A DNA stretch of 63,786 nucleotides, filler included, from Octopus bimaculoides (lineage: Eukaryota), in NCBI RefSeq assembly GCF_001194135.2. It is 8 parts of 8 records of this genome, joined end to end, with 100 filler letters (N's around TTAATTAATTAA, not from the genome) between each part and the next. Parts side by side here need not be neighbours in the genome. Positions count along the whole stretch, not along the records: positions 11,809 to 37,670 come from NC_068988.1; 7 more parts are not named here. One strand, given 5' to 3'. Below the pieces are notes generated by a model that saw only the letters and a program-made list of their open reading frames with translations, made no database searches and had not been told where the DNA came from. The translations under genes were made by a program, and so were the position numbers. Shown here piece by piece: positions 13,577 to 27,003 of the stretch; position 1 is the first letter of the stretch; every line of letters begins with the position of its first letter.

Positions 13577-13638
13577 NNNNNNNNNNGAGAGAAAGAGAGA
13601 CAGAGAGAGACAGAGAGAGAAAGGAAAAGAGAGAGTGT

Positions 13639-13917
13639 GGGTGCGCGATCTAGTAGTTGCACTCACGATCGCGAGATCGTGGTCTCGGTTCTTGGACCTG
13701 GCGATGTGTTGTATTCTTGAACAAAATATTTCATTTCATATTGCTCCGCCATCACTTCAACATGTAATGTGTGGCCCATTGTGCACCTGTACAGGCAAAA
13801 TCGATTTGATGGGAAAAGTGAACTAATGTACAACACAAACATTTGACTACCATAAACGTATATATGCAGAATGTTCAGCAAGAAAGTATGGAACCCTCAT
13901 CTGTCGTTTACGACAGG
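13639..13917 (+). mobile_element. SINE family C, diverged
   Basis: Head and tail are homologous to 3761-4076 and the head to 40686-40803. Confidence 0.6.
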
Positions 13918-13944
13918 TAAGTCCGCAACACACATACACACACC

Positions 13945-13994
<50 letters not shown>

Positions 13995-15050
13995 TACGCA
14001 CACATGAACGTTCGCACACATACATAGACACACACACACACGCACACACATAGACACGCACACACATACACACANNNNNNNNNNNNNNNNNNNNNNNNNN
14101 NNNNNNNNNNNNNNNNNNNNNNNNNNNNNNNNNNNNNNNNNNNNNNNNNNNNNNNNNNNNNNNNNNNNNNNNNNNNNNNNNNNNNNNNNNNNNNNNNNNN
14201 NNNNNNNNNNNNNNNNNNNNNNNNNNNNNNNNNNNNNNNNNNNNNNNNNNNNNNNNNNNNNNNNNNNNNNNNNNNNNNNNNNNNNNNNNNNNNNNNNNNN
14301 NNNNNNNNNNNNNNNNNNNNNNNNNNNNNNNNNNNNNNNNNNNNNNNNNNNNNNNNNNNNNNNNNNNNNNNNNNNNNNNNNNNNNNNNNNNNNNNNNNNN
14401 NNNNNNNNNNNNNNNNNNNNNNNNNNNNNNNNNNNNNNNNNNNNNNNNNNNNNNNNNNNNNNNNNNNNNNNNNNNNNNNNNNNNNNNNNNNNNNNNNNNN
14501 NNNNNNNNNNNNNNNNNNNNNNNNNNNNNNNNNNNNNNNNNNNNNNNNNNNNNNNNNNNNNNNNNNNNNNNNNNNNNNNNNNNNNNNNNNNNNNNNNNNN
14601 NNNNNNNNNNNNNNNNNNNNNNNNNNNNNNNNNNNNNNNNNNNNNNNNNNNNNNNNNNNNNNNNNNNNNNNNNNNNNNNNNNNNNNNNNNNNNNNNNNNN
14701 NNNNNNNNNNNNNNNNNNNNNNNNNNNNNNNNNNNNNNNNNNNNNNNNNNNNNNNNNNNNNNNNNNNNNNNNNNNNNNNNNNNNNNNNNNNNNNNNNNNN
14801 NNNNNNNNNNNNNNNNNNNNNNNNNNNNNNNNNNNNNNNNNNNNNNNNNNNNNNNNNNNNNNNNNNNNNNNNNNNNNNNNNNNNNNNNNNNNNNNNNNNN
14901 NNNNNNNNNNNNNNNNNNNNNNNNNNNNNNNNNNNNNNNNNNNNNNNNNNNNNNNNNNNNNNNNNNNNNNNNNNNNNNNNNNNNNNNNNNNNNNNNNNNN
15001 NNNNNNNNNNNNNNNNNNNNNNNNNNNNNNNNNNNNNNNNNNNNNNNNNN

Positions 15051-15087
<37 letters not shown>

Positions 15088-15529
15088 GTTTGTATGTATG
15101 CATGAATATATGCCTACCGACATACATATGATATAATCGAGTATGTCAAGTCATCGGAATGCAACATGAGTTTCGCTTATTATTCGTGCGTAAGTGATCA
15201 TGCTGCGAACAGACGGACGCTTTTGCAACCGCTTCCACCCTTGACTAAACGAAATATCCTCCAAGAGATGACTGCCGGAAGAGAAAAGAGATAATCACAC
15301 TTCAGTACTTGATTAGTTCTTTATTTTACCGGCACTGGATAGAGGAAAGACAAAGTTAATTCCAACAGGATTTGATCTCAGCTTCTAAAGAACTGAAACA
15401 AACAATGCAAGGCTGACGCCCAACGGATTCTACCTATTCACCCTACATTTATGTGTGTGTGTATGTATGTATGTAGGTATGTATGTATGTATGTATGTAT
15501 GTATGTATGTATGTATGTGTGCCTATACT

Positions 15530-15800
15530 TTTTCTTATTAATTTTTCCTAGAAAAAGGGAGCTGGTTTCTAGCAAATAAACAATATCTCCATAATAACAA
15601 TTGCAATAACAGCATCGATAATTCTTACATATCAAGCTTTCAGAAAATCTTGCATATGTTAACTGTTCCACAAACTTGCTGTATCTGTAAGATCTTGTAC
15701 TTAACTAGGAAATTTTAACTTCTCCATATTGTGGCTTAGATGTAACCAAATTGCAAAATTGCACCCATAATTATTGGAATAGAGGTGATTTTATAATGAG
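15530..15800 (-). mobile_element. 3' end of an RLE-type LINE (same family as 16060-16545)
   Basis: The minus strand reads YKITSIPIIMGA..KILQIQQVCGTVNICKIF, followed by a 3' UTR block TAGAAACCAGCTCCCTTT shared with the neighbouring copy. Confidence 0.6.
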
Positions 15801-16059
15801 AGAAGAAAGGCTGTAAGTTTCGACGTAGTTGTCCTTAGATATTCTCCTTTTCACTGATTTTAGAAGAGATGTTCAAATGTGCAAGACAACTAATTTCTAT
15901 GATTGTATATGACAATTTTTTTCCAATCCCAAATAACTGTCAGGTTTATTATCTTTGCATAGTGTACGTATGTATGTATGCATGCATGTATTGTATGTAT
16001 GTATGTATGTATGTATGTATGTATGTATGTATGTATGTATGTACGTGTGTATGTTCTCT

Positions 16060-16545
16060 TCTGTTTTTAATTATTTAAATTCTTCCTCTGTGGAAAGGGA
16101 TGGTTTCTAACAAAGATACAAAGCTTCATCGTTGAAATGTAGACAATAAAAATAATGTCACTTTTTAAACTGGAGAAAAGTCTTACAAATTTTTACTTTT
16201 CCACTAACAGAGCTTATTTGTAATGTGTGAATTAGTTGGTCGAATTCTTTTTCTGAAAGCCCCCAGCTTATCCAAATTGTCACTTAGGCATTTACTCACA
16301 AAACTAGTTCACCAGTTATTGTTGGTATATTTATGAATTTGTAATCTGGATATAGAAACTTGAGGTTTCTAAGCAGCTGCTCATAGCTATCTTCTTTCTC
16401 TTTGATTTTTAATGAGGTACTCACATCAGCAGGACAACTGACCTTCATGACATTACATACGTATGCATGTATATTTGAATAGTGCACAAGACATGGATCT
16501 CCTCTTGCATTTTCTAGTGAGTGAACAGCTAACATACCTAATCAG
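16060..16545 (-). mobile_element. 3' end of an RLE-type LINE (endonuclease C-terminus and 3' UTR)
   Basis: MKVSCPADVSTSLKIKEKEDSYEQLLRNLKFLYPDYKFINIPTITG..KCLSDNLDKL..DQLIHTLQISSVSGKVKICKTFLQFKK*. Confidence 0.7.
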
Positions 16546-17129
16546 TTGCTCAATAACTTCCCAACTTCTTCACCATTTTTGCGGTGGCAGACATTCTTTG
16601 AACTCACAAGGCAGATAGCCAAACAATATTCGACGCCATATATACCATTATATGTATTATGTGTAAGTGTGTGTGTGTGTGTTTGTGATTGTAATGAGTG
16701 TGTATTTGTGTGTATCTATGCATGTGTGTGTATCTATCAATCTGTGTTTGTATCTATCAATCTGTGTTTGTATGTATATACATATACATAGGCTGCTATT
16801 TTTCCGGGTTAAAGGCGCTCGTCTAGAGTTTACGGAATGTAATATTTCAATTGTCTCCGTTACACTACAACCGCTCTAAGAAACAATGAAGAATGGGGTT
16901 TTCGTGCTACTGACTATGTTAGAAACCACTTCCTAATTACACCAAATTGAAAAAAATGGAATAAACAGGACATCGATAATGTTTCAGTGTATAGCCATTA
17001 TGGTGATTTAACTTTCAGGTTTAACTTTCAGATTTAACTTTCAGGTTACACTACCTATATAATCTGGTTAACACCTCCCAATTACAATGTCTTGTTTTAT
17101 ATTTCCAAAGTAAAATGAAACAAAATCAT

Positions 17130-17193
<64 letters not shown>

Positions 17194-17639
17194 ACACTCT
17201 CACACACACACACACTCAAACAAATTATATATATATGACTTGTGGTCTAATAACAAAGGACAGGCTGAAGGAAATTAGCTAATGATCATTGACAGCAATT
17301 GGAATCCAGTGTTATAATTTTCACTAACATAGATGATTATTTACCTCTCTATGTGTAGACCTGTGAGTTGGAGAGAAGGAGTTGGAGATGACACTAGCTC
17401 CTGGGGTTCAAGGAAATCTCGGACAGTGAGTTTCTCGATTATCCCTAGAGGCCTTCCTGCATTAGGAGGGCCACGTCTTTATCATCCTTCTCGCCATTTT
17501 TTAAAAACTTGCCACCAACAACTTACATTGTACAGAAACACCACCTCCCAATCGCTCCACAACCCACACAACACATTCTTAAGCGATTGAGCTACAGCTC
17601 ACTAATACAAAACATAAACTCTACCAATCTCTACAGCAT

Positions 17640-18035
17640 GTAACACACTTGGCATAGTACATACTCTACGCACTCACCACTTGCAACTACAATAAGACAC
17701 CTCACATAACACACGCTTATGCAGTCACCAAACAACTCAACGCCTTATACTCTAATATATTCCACACAGTAACTCCAATCCACACGATATTTTAGACAAA
17801 TATCCCCCAAATAACATAACCACATTGCATGTACTGTACACAATTACTACCTGACACTATAACACATAGCGCCAGTCATACAATGAGTACTCTACACATA
17901 CACTGACCAAGCAATACATACTCTACACAGCCAGTGTCCGGTTTTATAAGACCAGCTACACATGTACTCTACACAGTTACTACTCGACACTTTTAATGAA
18001 TGACATCAACCACACAATGCATACTCTACACACCC
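17640..18035. repeat. Degenerate C/A-rich repeat with a recurring TACTCTACACA motif
   Basis: Motif variants near 17661, 17747, 17831, 17887, 17918, 17964 and 18021. Confidence 0.6.
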
Positions 18036-18469
18036 ACGACCCGATGATGGTGATGGTGTTGATGACGAAGATGATGACGGCGACGACGACGACGACGTCG
18101 ATGACAACGAAGACGACAACCACATCCTATGTGTCCTATTTTTGGGATTTAGTTTGAGGGAAATTCAGCCACTATTTCTAGAACGTCGATCAACTAACTA
18201 CACTGCTCAAAAGCGCTTCCGTTAGTCAAAACTAACCATACATCTTCACATTTATGCCCAAGCCTGACCAGATTCTTTTAGGAAGTCTACATGATGCCCA
18301 TGCATGCAAGTCTGCCTCTCTCCACGTTACTGGTGTTTATCCAATGGTGAGGCTATTGCCGATGCAGCTTGCCACCAGTGGTGTGGCAAGCAGCGCTGTC
18401 AGAACAAAGAATATTGGAACAAGATGTTGCCCGACCCTCTAAGAATTCTACCGATTCATTGATTTGAAT

Positions 18470-18592
18470 TTGGATTTTTTACCGACACTGGAAAGTTGAA
18501 AAGCCAAATTAACTACGGCGGGATTTAAACTCTAGGTACTGAAAGTCGGAAAAAGTATCGCAAGGCACTCTATCCGATGCTCTACCAATTCG
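18470..18592 (-). mobile_element. SINE family B, degraded
   Basis: The reverse complement matches the family B head and central block. Confidence 0.5.
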
Positions 18593-18656
18593 ATACTATT
18601 TCAACAGGCTGCTAGACTTGCTAATTTAATGTTGTCGTTATTTTTATCAGTCAAAG

Positions 18657-18850
18657 CGCTGAGCATGCAGAATCGGTAGAGCGTCAGAAAAATGTTTTGT
18701 GTTATTTATACTCACACTTGAGATCAACTTATCCTTTCATCCTTTCGGGGTCGATAAAATGATCAGAAAAGTATCAGGTGAGTGATGGTATCGATTACCA
18801 CTCACTTCCATCAAAATTGTTTGTGTTGTACCTAAATCAGAAAATCATTA
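18657..18850 (+). mobile_element. SINE family B, internally deleted
   Basis: GCTGAGCATGCAGAATCGGTAG head and CCTTTCATCCTTTCGGGGTCGATAAAAT block. Confidence 0.65.
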
Positions 18851-18857
18851 TACTTGT

Positions 18858-19501
18858 CAGTCATCTGACATTTGATCCAAAGTGCACCAAGTTGATCACA
18901 TCGCGGGAAAATCTGACACTGTTTGAGGCAGACCCAGCTGGTTTCCTAGGACGCGTAGCAACTTCATCACTTTGAGTCGGAGAGAAAGAGACAATTCATG
19001 CAGAGAAGGCCAGGGACGTTTCATCAGTAGGGAAGGTGATGGCTTCAGTTTTCGAGGTGCAAAAGATATTGTGTTTATTGACTTTCCTCAAACGATACAG
19101 ATCATTAATGGAGAGTACTATTTCAACTTACTGGGGCAAGGCTATCAAGACCAACGCCCAGGAAAACTGACGAAAGGAGTCTTAATTCTTTCGTCCTTGC
19201 TTTCAATGGTTGTTGTGTGTGACCATGGCTTTGAAATGGTTTATCAGACTCCCTATTCTCCTGATTTGGCCCCATCTGTTCCCAAACATGATAAAAAACT
19301 TGACTGGGAACCAGTATTACAGCGATGGTGGTGTTATATCTGCTGTTGAAAGCTTCTTTACCAATGGGACCCAAACACTGCAACTCTGATGGAAAGAGCG
19401 TGTGGACCGCAAGAGGGACTATTTTGAAATTAAAACATCATTTGATCATATTGCATGAGAGTATTTTGGTCAGCCTATGAACGTTTCAGCCGACCTTTGT
19501 A
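18858..19501 (+). mobile_element. mariner transposase remnant with 3' TIR
   Basis: ITSRENLTLFEADPAGFL..GKVMASV..IVFIDF..INGEYY..TPYSPDLAPS. It ends in GGTCAGCCTATGAACGTTTCAGCCGACCTTTGTA, a mariner-like TIR plus TA. Confidence 0.85.
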
Positions 19502-20830
19502 ATAATAATAATGACATCAGACCTAACCTAACCTATCCACCTCGCTCGTTTCAACAGCACACTGATTTTGATTTTAGAACCCACATGTCTGCTCTGTCCT
19601 AATCATAGAACTATAATAATGACATCAGAAATAACCACTTGCTCCACCCTACCCTAAATAGTGAGTATGAAGTCAAGACAAACCACAGGCTCGTTCCAGT
19701 AGAACTCATAAGGACATCAGGACAGATTGCGTGTCGTATCCAACCCAAAAGGACAATAATAATAGTTTGTGATTTAGGCACAAAACCAATAGTTTTGAGA
19801 AAGAGTTAGTCGTCAGTATTTAACTGGTATTTTATTTGATCGATCCTGACGGATGAAAGGTAGCATCAAGACTAACCAGCCTATAGAACAGTGGCAATGA
19901 CAGAAATACTAAGCAGCTACCCTTGCTCCTGCTTAACAGAACATTTATATCATCACAACTAACTACCAACTCCGCCCTATTTATAGAATAATATAACGAC
20001 ATCAGGAATAACCACCTTCTCTGTCCTACCTAACAGAATTATAGTAATGGTTATGATGTGACGTGAGAACAATTATGGTTAGGACGGGCCATATGCTTTG
20101 TTCTAATCTCATTATAACCATCCAACCTGTCCAACAACTCTAAAATAACAGTGATAATGACATCAGGGCTAATCATATACCCTTCTCAGCCTCAAAGAAC
20201 CCATCATCAGAAATAACCAGCAGCCCAACCCAAATGAATGGTGATAAGCGTAATTCCTGCCAGTAGAACTGTGTTAATGTGATCAGAAGTAACCAACTAC
20301 CCTGCAGTTACGAAGAAAAGAACGTCAACAGAATTAATCACTGACTCCTGCTTTATAAATAATTGGTAACAGCATCACAATTAAACAGCTGCTCTATCCA
20401 GGATAACAGTGACATCAGCGGTAAACTCCAATTTTGTCTTCTCCCACAGAACAAGTGGTAATAGGATAAGAAGTAAGCTCGTGATCTGCCCTACAGACAT
20501 ACCGGTGATAGCATCAAGACTAACAAGACGAACAGTGGCAATGACAGAAATACTAACCAGCTACCCCTACCCCTACTGAACAGAACATTTATAACATCAA
20601 GACTAACTACCAGCTCTGCCCTACTTTATAGAATAATAGTAATGACATCAGGGATAACTACCTTCTCTGTCCTACCTAATAGAACTGTAGTAATGACATC
20701 AGAAATCATCAAAAAGGTCAGGAATACGAGCCAGCTACCTCTGACCTGCATAACAGAACAGCTTATTAACATGAGAATTTACCAGCCAACTAAATGAACA
20801 GTGCTAATGACACAACGATTAACTAGCTTC
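19502..20830. repeat. Degenerate satellite with a unit of about 40-50 bp and a higher-order duplication
   Basis: Recurring AGAA..TAATGACATCAG..TAAC.. units; 19861-20050 is similar to 20509-20695. Confidence 0.75.
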
Positions 20831-20924
20831 TTTTCTCCCACACAAAAACACTTTCAGTTCTTTACTCTACAATGATGCACGTAGAAAAGGAGAAAAAGAA
20901 AGCTTTTCCTCAATTTAATTTGGT

Positions 20925-21090
20925 CCCCCTGCGCTCTAAGTTCAAATCCCACCAGGGTCGAATATAAAGGTCGATAAAATAAATACCACTCACGTGGTGG
21001 ATTTGAGATAATTCGCTGTGTTTTCACCGTAACCTCTACAGACCCCACTCAACTAAAATGTATGTCCTTGTGCCTGTATTAAAAATCAAT
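20925..21090 (+). mobile_element. SINE family B, degraded
   Basis: GTTCAAATCCCACCAGGGTCGA..GGTCGATAAAATAAATACCA block. Confidence 0.5.
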
Positions 21091-21334
21091 AATTGCAAGA
21101 GAAGACGTGCAATATCATTATTAATTAGTTTTCTTCTCTGTTACTAAATATTCAACGTGGAAAGTATAATTAGTCATGATATATTAATTTGTTTCAAAAT
21201 CGGGGCATGGCATGCGCGAATCTGCACGTGTGTAATGCGTTTATGTGTGTGAGTGTTGTTGGTGAGTGTAAACGTACCGGTGTCAATATATATGCGAGCG
21301 TATATTTCTAACCCCTCCGATATACATAATCGTG

Positions 21335-21393
<59 letters not shown>

Positions 21394-21881
21394 NNNNNNN
21401 NNNNNNNNNNNNNNNNNNNNNNNNNNNNNNNNNNNNNNNNNNNNNNNNNNNNNNNNNNNNNNNNNNNNNNNNNNNNNNNNNNNNNNNNNNNNNNNNNNNN
21501 NNNNNNNNNNNNNNNNNNNNNNNNNNNNNNNNNNNNNNNNNNNNNNNNNNNNNNNNNNNNNNNNNNNNNNNNNNNNNNNNNNNNNNNNNNNNNNNNNNNN
21601 NNNNNNNNNNNNNNNNNNNNNNNNNNNNNNNNNNNNNNNNNNNNNNNNNNNNNNNNNNNNNNNNNNNNNNNNNNNNNNNNNNNNNNNNNNNNNNNNNNNN
21701 NNNNNNNNNNNNNNNNNNNNNNNNNNNNNNNNNNNNNNNNNNNNNNNNNNNNNNNNNNNNNNNNNNNNNNNNNNNNNNNNNNNNNNNNNNNNNNNNNNNN
21801 NNNNNNNNNNNNNNNNNNNNNNNNNNNNNNNNNNNNNNNNNNNNNNNNNNNNNNNNNNNNNNNNNNNNNNNNNNNNNNNNN

Positions 21882-21930
<49 letters not shown>

Positions 21931-22302
21931 TACATATATACATATATACATATATATATATATATAACTACATTTACTTAAATGCATATTTCGAAATCGA
22001 TAGATAGATAGATAGATAGATAGATAAAAAGAAAACATTTTCGTGTGATTGGTTTTAGCAAAGGTAATTCCAGGAAAAATATGAGTGAAAATTACATTTC
22101 GTTCATAAATTGATACGAGTTTATGTGGAGATATTGGATGATTATTCTAAACATCCTGGACATGCTGCTTATAATTAGCATATGTAGGCAATATAAGCAC
22201 TCATATGAAATGTGAAATATACGTTATATATGTATCATATAAATATATTGATATATATGTTTTTGTGTGTGCCTGTATGCATGACTCTGTGTGTGTGTGT
22301 GC

Positions 22303-22344
<42 letters not shown>

Positions 22345-22703
22345 ATATGCATACGTACAAAACCACAAACACGCACACATATATGTAAACATATGTAAAT
22401 GTAGATATATCTTTGTGTATATGTGTATGTATGCGCGTGCGTGCGTGTGTGTGTGCGCGCAGGCGTGTATGTATGTAAGCGCACGTATATATGTCTGTGC
22501 GTGTATATAAATGTATGTATAGCGACAAATATATGAATGAGAACCAATGTCAATATTTTCTTCTAATGGACTGTGGTAGATTGATTGATCACTAAAAAGA
22601 CAGGCTGATAAACAGACTGACAGATAGACAGACAGACAGATAGGCAGGTAGACAGATAGACAAATAGAGAGAGAGAGAGGTGCGTGGGCGGATAAACTGA
22701 GAA

Positions 22704-22746
<43 letters not shown>

Positions 22747-22747
<1 letters not shown>

Positions 22748-22940
22748 GTTTCTTTATTAGCCACACAGGGCTCAACACAGAGGGGACAAAATACAAATGT
22801 AGAGTTTTTCTTTTCGAGGGGGTCGAAAACAAAGCAGAAAAAAAACAAAAGTGGGGACAACGATGAAAAAAAACATCGCAAAACGTTTGGGGTATTTACA
22901 AAAAATACGAAATAATACAAAAAATTCCCAATAAATGGGG
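22747..22940 (-). mobile_element. Probable 3' end of an L1/Tx1-like LINE inside a (GATA)n tract
   Basis: The minus strand ends GTCCCCTCTGTGTTGAGCCCTGTGTGGCTAATAAAGAAA, with (ATCT)n on both sides. The family assignment is from memory and unverified. Confidence 0.4.
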
Positions 22941-23301
<361 letters not shown>

Positions 23302-24659
23302 CAAAGATGCGTAGGTGGGTAGAGAGTTATTTAGAATGACAGATATACAGATAAATTTACGGGCACGGGCACACACACGCACGCGCGAACACTTGCCCAT
23401 ATTTCTGTCATAAAGCATAGAAACACACCTCCCTACACGCATAAGTACATGATATTACAAATTATCTACATTCACGCTGACATATCTCTTGTCACTTTCT
23501 CATGACATTACTAATACAGTGCACAACGCTTGCACACTTCTAATAGAAAAAAAATAGTTTTATAATACCTTAACTTTGGTAAAATAACTCCGGAGTAATT
23601 AATATTTCCTAATTAATGTTGTAGGTGAGGGTTTCTTGGAGGTAAAATTCACCTCATCATCGATCCGTGAACAGATTTTCAGATGACAAATGGAATAATT
23701 TCGAATCAAACCAATACCCGAATTGAACAGAACGGAATACGTGGCTGTTACTACAGTTGCACTCACGAGTAGAGGACCCTCGTAACACTCGTACTCACAC
23801 AACTACACACACTCGAGCAGGCGCAATCGCATATCTGCACACATACGTATAGTATGCAAGCGAGCTCACTCTTTCTTTCCCTCACATACAGTGATATCTA
23901 TACATTTGTATCTAAAGAAATATCATTTGAATATTTATATAATGTTAAATATACATATATACATACGTACCTACAAACATATATACAAATGTATTGGTTC
24001 ATACATGTTCACATTCATACATACATATATGCATTCATTCATTCATTCATTCATTCACGCATGCATTCATACATTCATGCATTACATTTATTCAACAATG
24101 CATACATACGTTTATTCATTTGCACTTGCAAACATTTGTACGCGCATATACATACGTGCTCTTTATTGTACACACTCACACATACACGAAATTACCTAAA
24201 TATCTAGATACATTACTCTTGTAATTGTCTCGCATACTCGCAGATATCTTCTCTAACGCACACATACACACCTTGACAGTTATACATGTACAGACACGTA
24301 GTCAAGTACATACATACACATAAGTCATGAGTTCCGAAAGACTTTGAGAAGTGAATGGGTCCTGTCTCTCCTCTGACATAATTATAAGTGCGCGCGCGCA
24401 CACATACATATATGCATACGCCATACACACATACCCCCACACATACAAACATGCAAATTCGAACTCACAGTTCTAATCTTGAATGTGATAGCCTTACGCG
24501 AGCAAACTACACACTTACATAACTGTATGGCTTCAGCACGCACGCGAACGGGCTCCAGCAAACTCGTACACCTACACACACACAAACGGATACACTCACG
24601 CAAAGACTCATATATATACACACACATAAACACATATATACACACATATTCACGTACTT

Positions 24660-24703
<44 letters not shown>

Positions 24704-25966
24704 GTACAAGCATAAATGTTAATGCTTATCACTGCGCACAAAGCAACATGTAGCAGCAACGACTCTACACTAATTCACTCTTAATACTCGTAGAAGCAGT
24801 GGCGTACATCATGTGTTTTTGGGGGTTTTTTGTATTGTTATCATTGTTGACGATATTATTTTGCCGTTGTCATTCTATATTTTTATATTAACATCTTAAT
24901 AGCAAAACTTTATGTTAATTATCCTATATCTCATGGCATTTTCTTTTCCATTTATTTTTTTCTTTTCGTAATGATTTAATTTCTTTTTTACACACACACA
25001 CACACACACACACGCACGTACGCACGCAGACAAACAGATAAATAACGAGGACATTACATAATAGACCTTTTTGTGGCAAATTAACCAAACCCGGCACTAC
25101 ATTCGATCATGTTAACACCACACTTGCACAACTAAACACAGCGGTTAAGCAACAAGAAATAGAAACAGCGCAACTCACTGCGGAGAAATTTGGCGATGAC
25201 TTTTAGCGCCGAATAAGTGAAGGTGGTGGCGGCGGCGTTGATAATGGTGGTGGTGGTTGTGATGAAGGCGGTAGTGGAAGTACTACCTGGCAATTGGTGG
25301 TGACAACAACTTTCTCTTCTGAGACCTCAGTATGTCTAGTAATACTTACTTTTCACGTTACGTAATAATAATCACGGCAAATCCCCCCTTTTATTATTAT
25401 TACTCTTTTTTTACTTTTTCTTTTACTTTTTTTTTTCTTTTTTGTCTCTCTCTTGCGGAGTTTAAAGCAGCTGGTTGCTAAGTGATTACTACATGATACA
25501 TGACAACGTTGTGAAAAGCAAAGACAAGTGTAGTGTTGTAAAGGAGAAATATTGATTTCTAGTTGGAGTTGAGCTGCATCAGAAGTTAAACTATACACCC
25601 TGGCCTCAGATTTAGTCTCTATTGTTAAACATCTACAGCTACTACAAACAACACCAATAAATAGAAGGATTATGAAGAATTTTCTAGAGTTTCCCAATGC
25701 TATAATTTTATTAACTTGTTTTTCTTTTTTCTTTCTTCTTCCTCTCCTTTTCCAGTTTCGATTTCTTAAAACAAAATTCCCATCTACTTCCTCGGTCATC
25801 TTTCCACAATCGAAAATAAAATGATTTGGGAAGAAAATGGTAAATATGCTGGACTCTATATATACATATAGAGTGTATGTATATGTGTGCATATGTGTGT
25901 GTGAGTATACACACATGTACCTACATACATGCACACATAAAAACGTATGTTTTTTATATTTATCTA

Positions 25967-26008
<42 letters not shown>

Positions 26009-26320
26009 TGTGCATGTGTGTATGCATTCAGACAAATATACAAACAAATATATGTGCACATATGCATGTGCGTGCTTGTTTATATACGAATGTATATATG
26101 TGTGTCTGTGTGTGTATGTATGTATGTATGTATGTGTGCACCCGCACTCACACACAAACAAACAAACACATACATATCTGAATAATATTGCCCAAGCACG
26201 CATGTACACCTAAAACGCACACATGATACACATGCAGACACATACTCAAGCACACATACACGCGCACATACACATATGTATTAATGCACACATACGCGCA
26301 CGCGCACACGCATATAAAGA

Positions 26321-26363
<43 letters not shown>

Positions 26364-26604
26364 CGGAGTGTGGGTGTAGGCGTTTTCCGTGAAAGGAGGC
26401 ATTTGATTATATATGTGTGTGTGTTTGTGTGTGTGTGTGTTTGTGTGTCTGTGTGTGTGTCTGTGCTCTGTGTGTGTGTGTGTGTGTGTGCTGTGTGTGT
26501 GTGTGTGTACTTCCCTCCCCCGTGTGTATAAATATGTGGTATTCAGTATTTCTTCTTTCAAGGCTAAATTAAATATATCCATAACGTGTTGTGTTGTCGG
26601 CAAT

Positions 26605-26771
26605 GTTTCTATACATTCAATCTATTTCTATACATTTCATATATTTTTATATATTTCTCTGTATTTCCATATATTTCCATATATTGCTATATGTTCTAAA
26701 CATTCCTATATATTCAATACATTTCTATACATTTCGATATATTTCCATATATTTCTATACATCTCCATACG

Positions 26772-26845
<74 letters not shown>

Positions 26846-27000
26846 GTAAATATCTCTATATTTCCATATATTTCTTTATATTTCCATATATTCATATATT
26901 CAACATATTCCGTATATTTCTGGAGTCTTTTTCCTGTATGTTCCTTATATTTCTATATTTTCCATATACGTCTACATATTTCTATATATTTTTTCTATAA
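26605..27000. repeat. AT-rich minisatellite, unit about ATATTTC(C/T)AT, with an embedded (AT)n
   Basis: Direct read; the unit recurs at 27370-27405 beyond the SINE. Confidence 0.75.
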
Positions 27001-27003
27001 ATA

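Noticed and set aside
19502-20830. CRISPR-like or retrozyme-like array
   Set aside because: The repeats are degenerate with no constant repeat and unique spacer pattern. The reverse strand gives CTGATGTC rather than a hammerhead core. The context is eukaryotic.
25450-25800. Minus-strand ORF with a signal-peptide-like stretch (KFFIILLFIGVVCSSC)
   Set aside because: The hydrophobic run comes from T-rich low-complexity sequence, the ORF begins in microsatellite, and no domain is recognisable.
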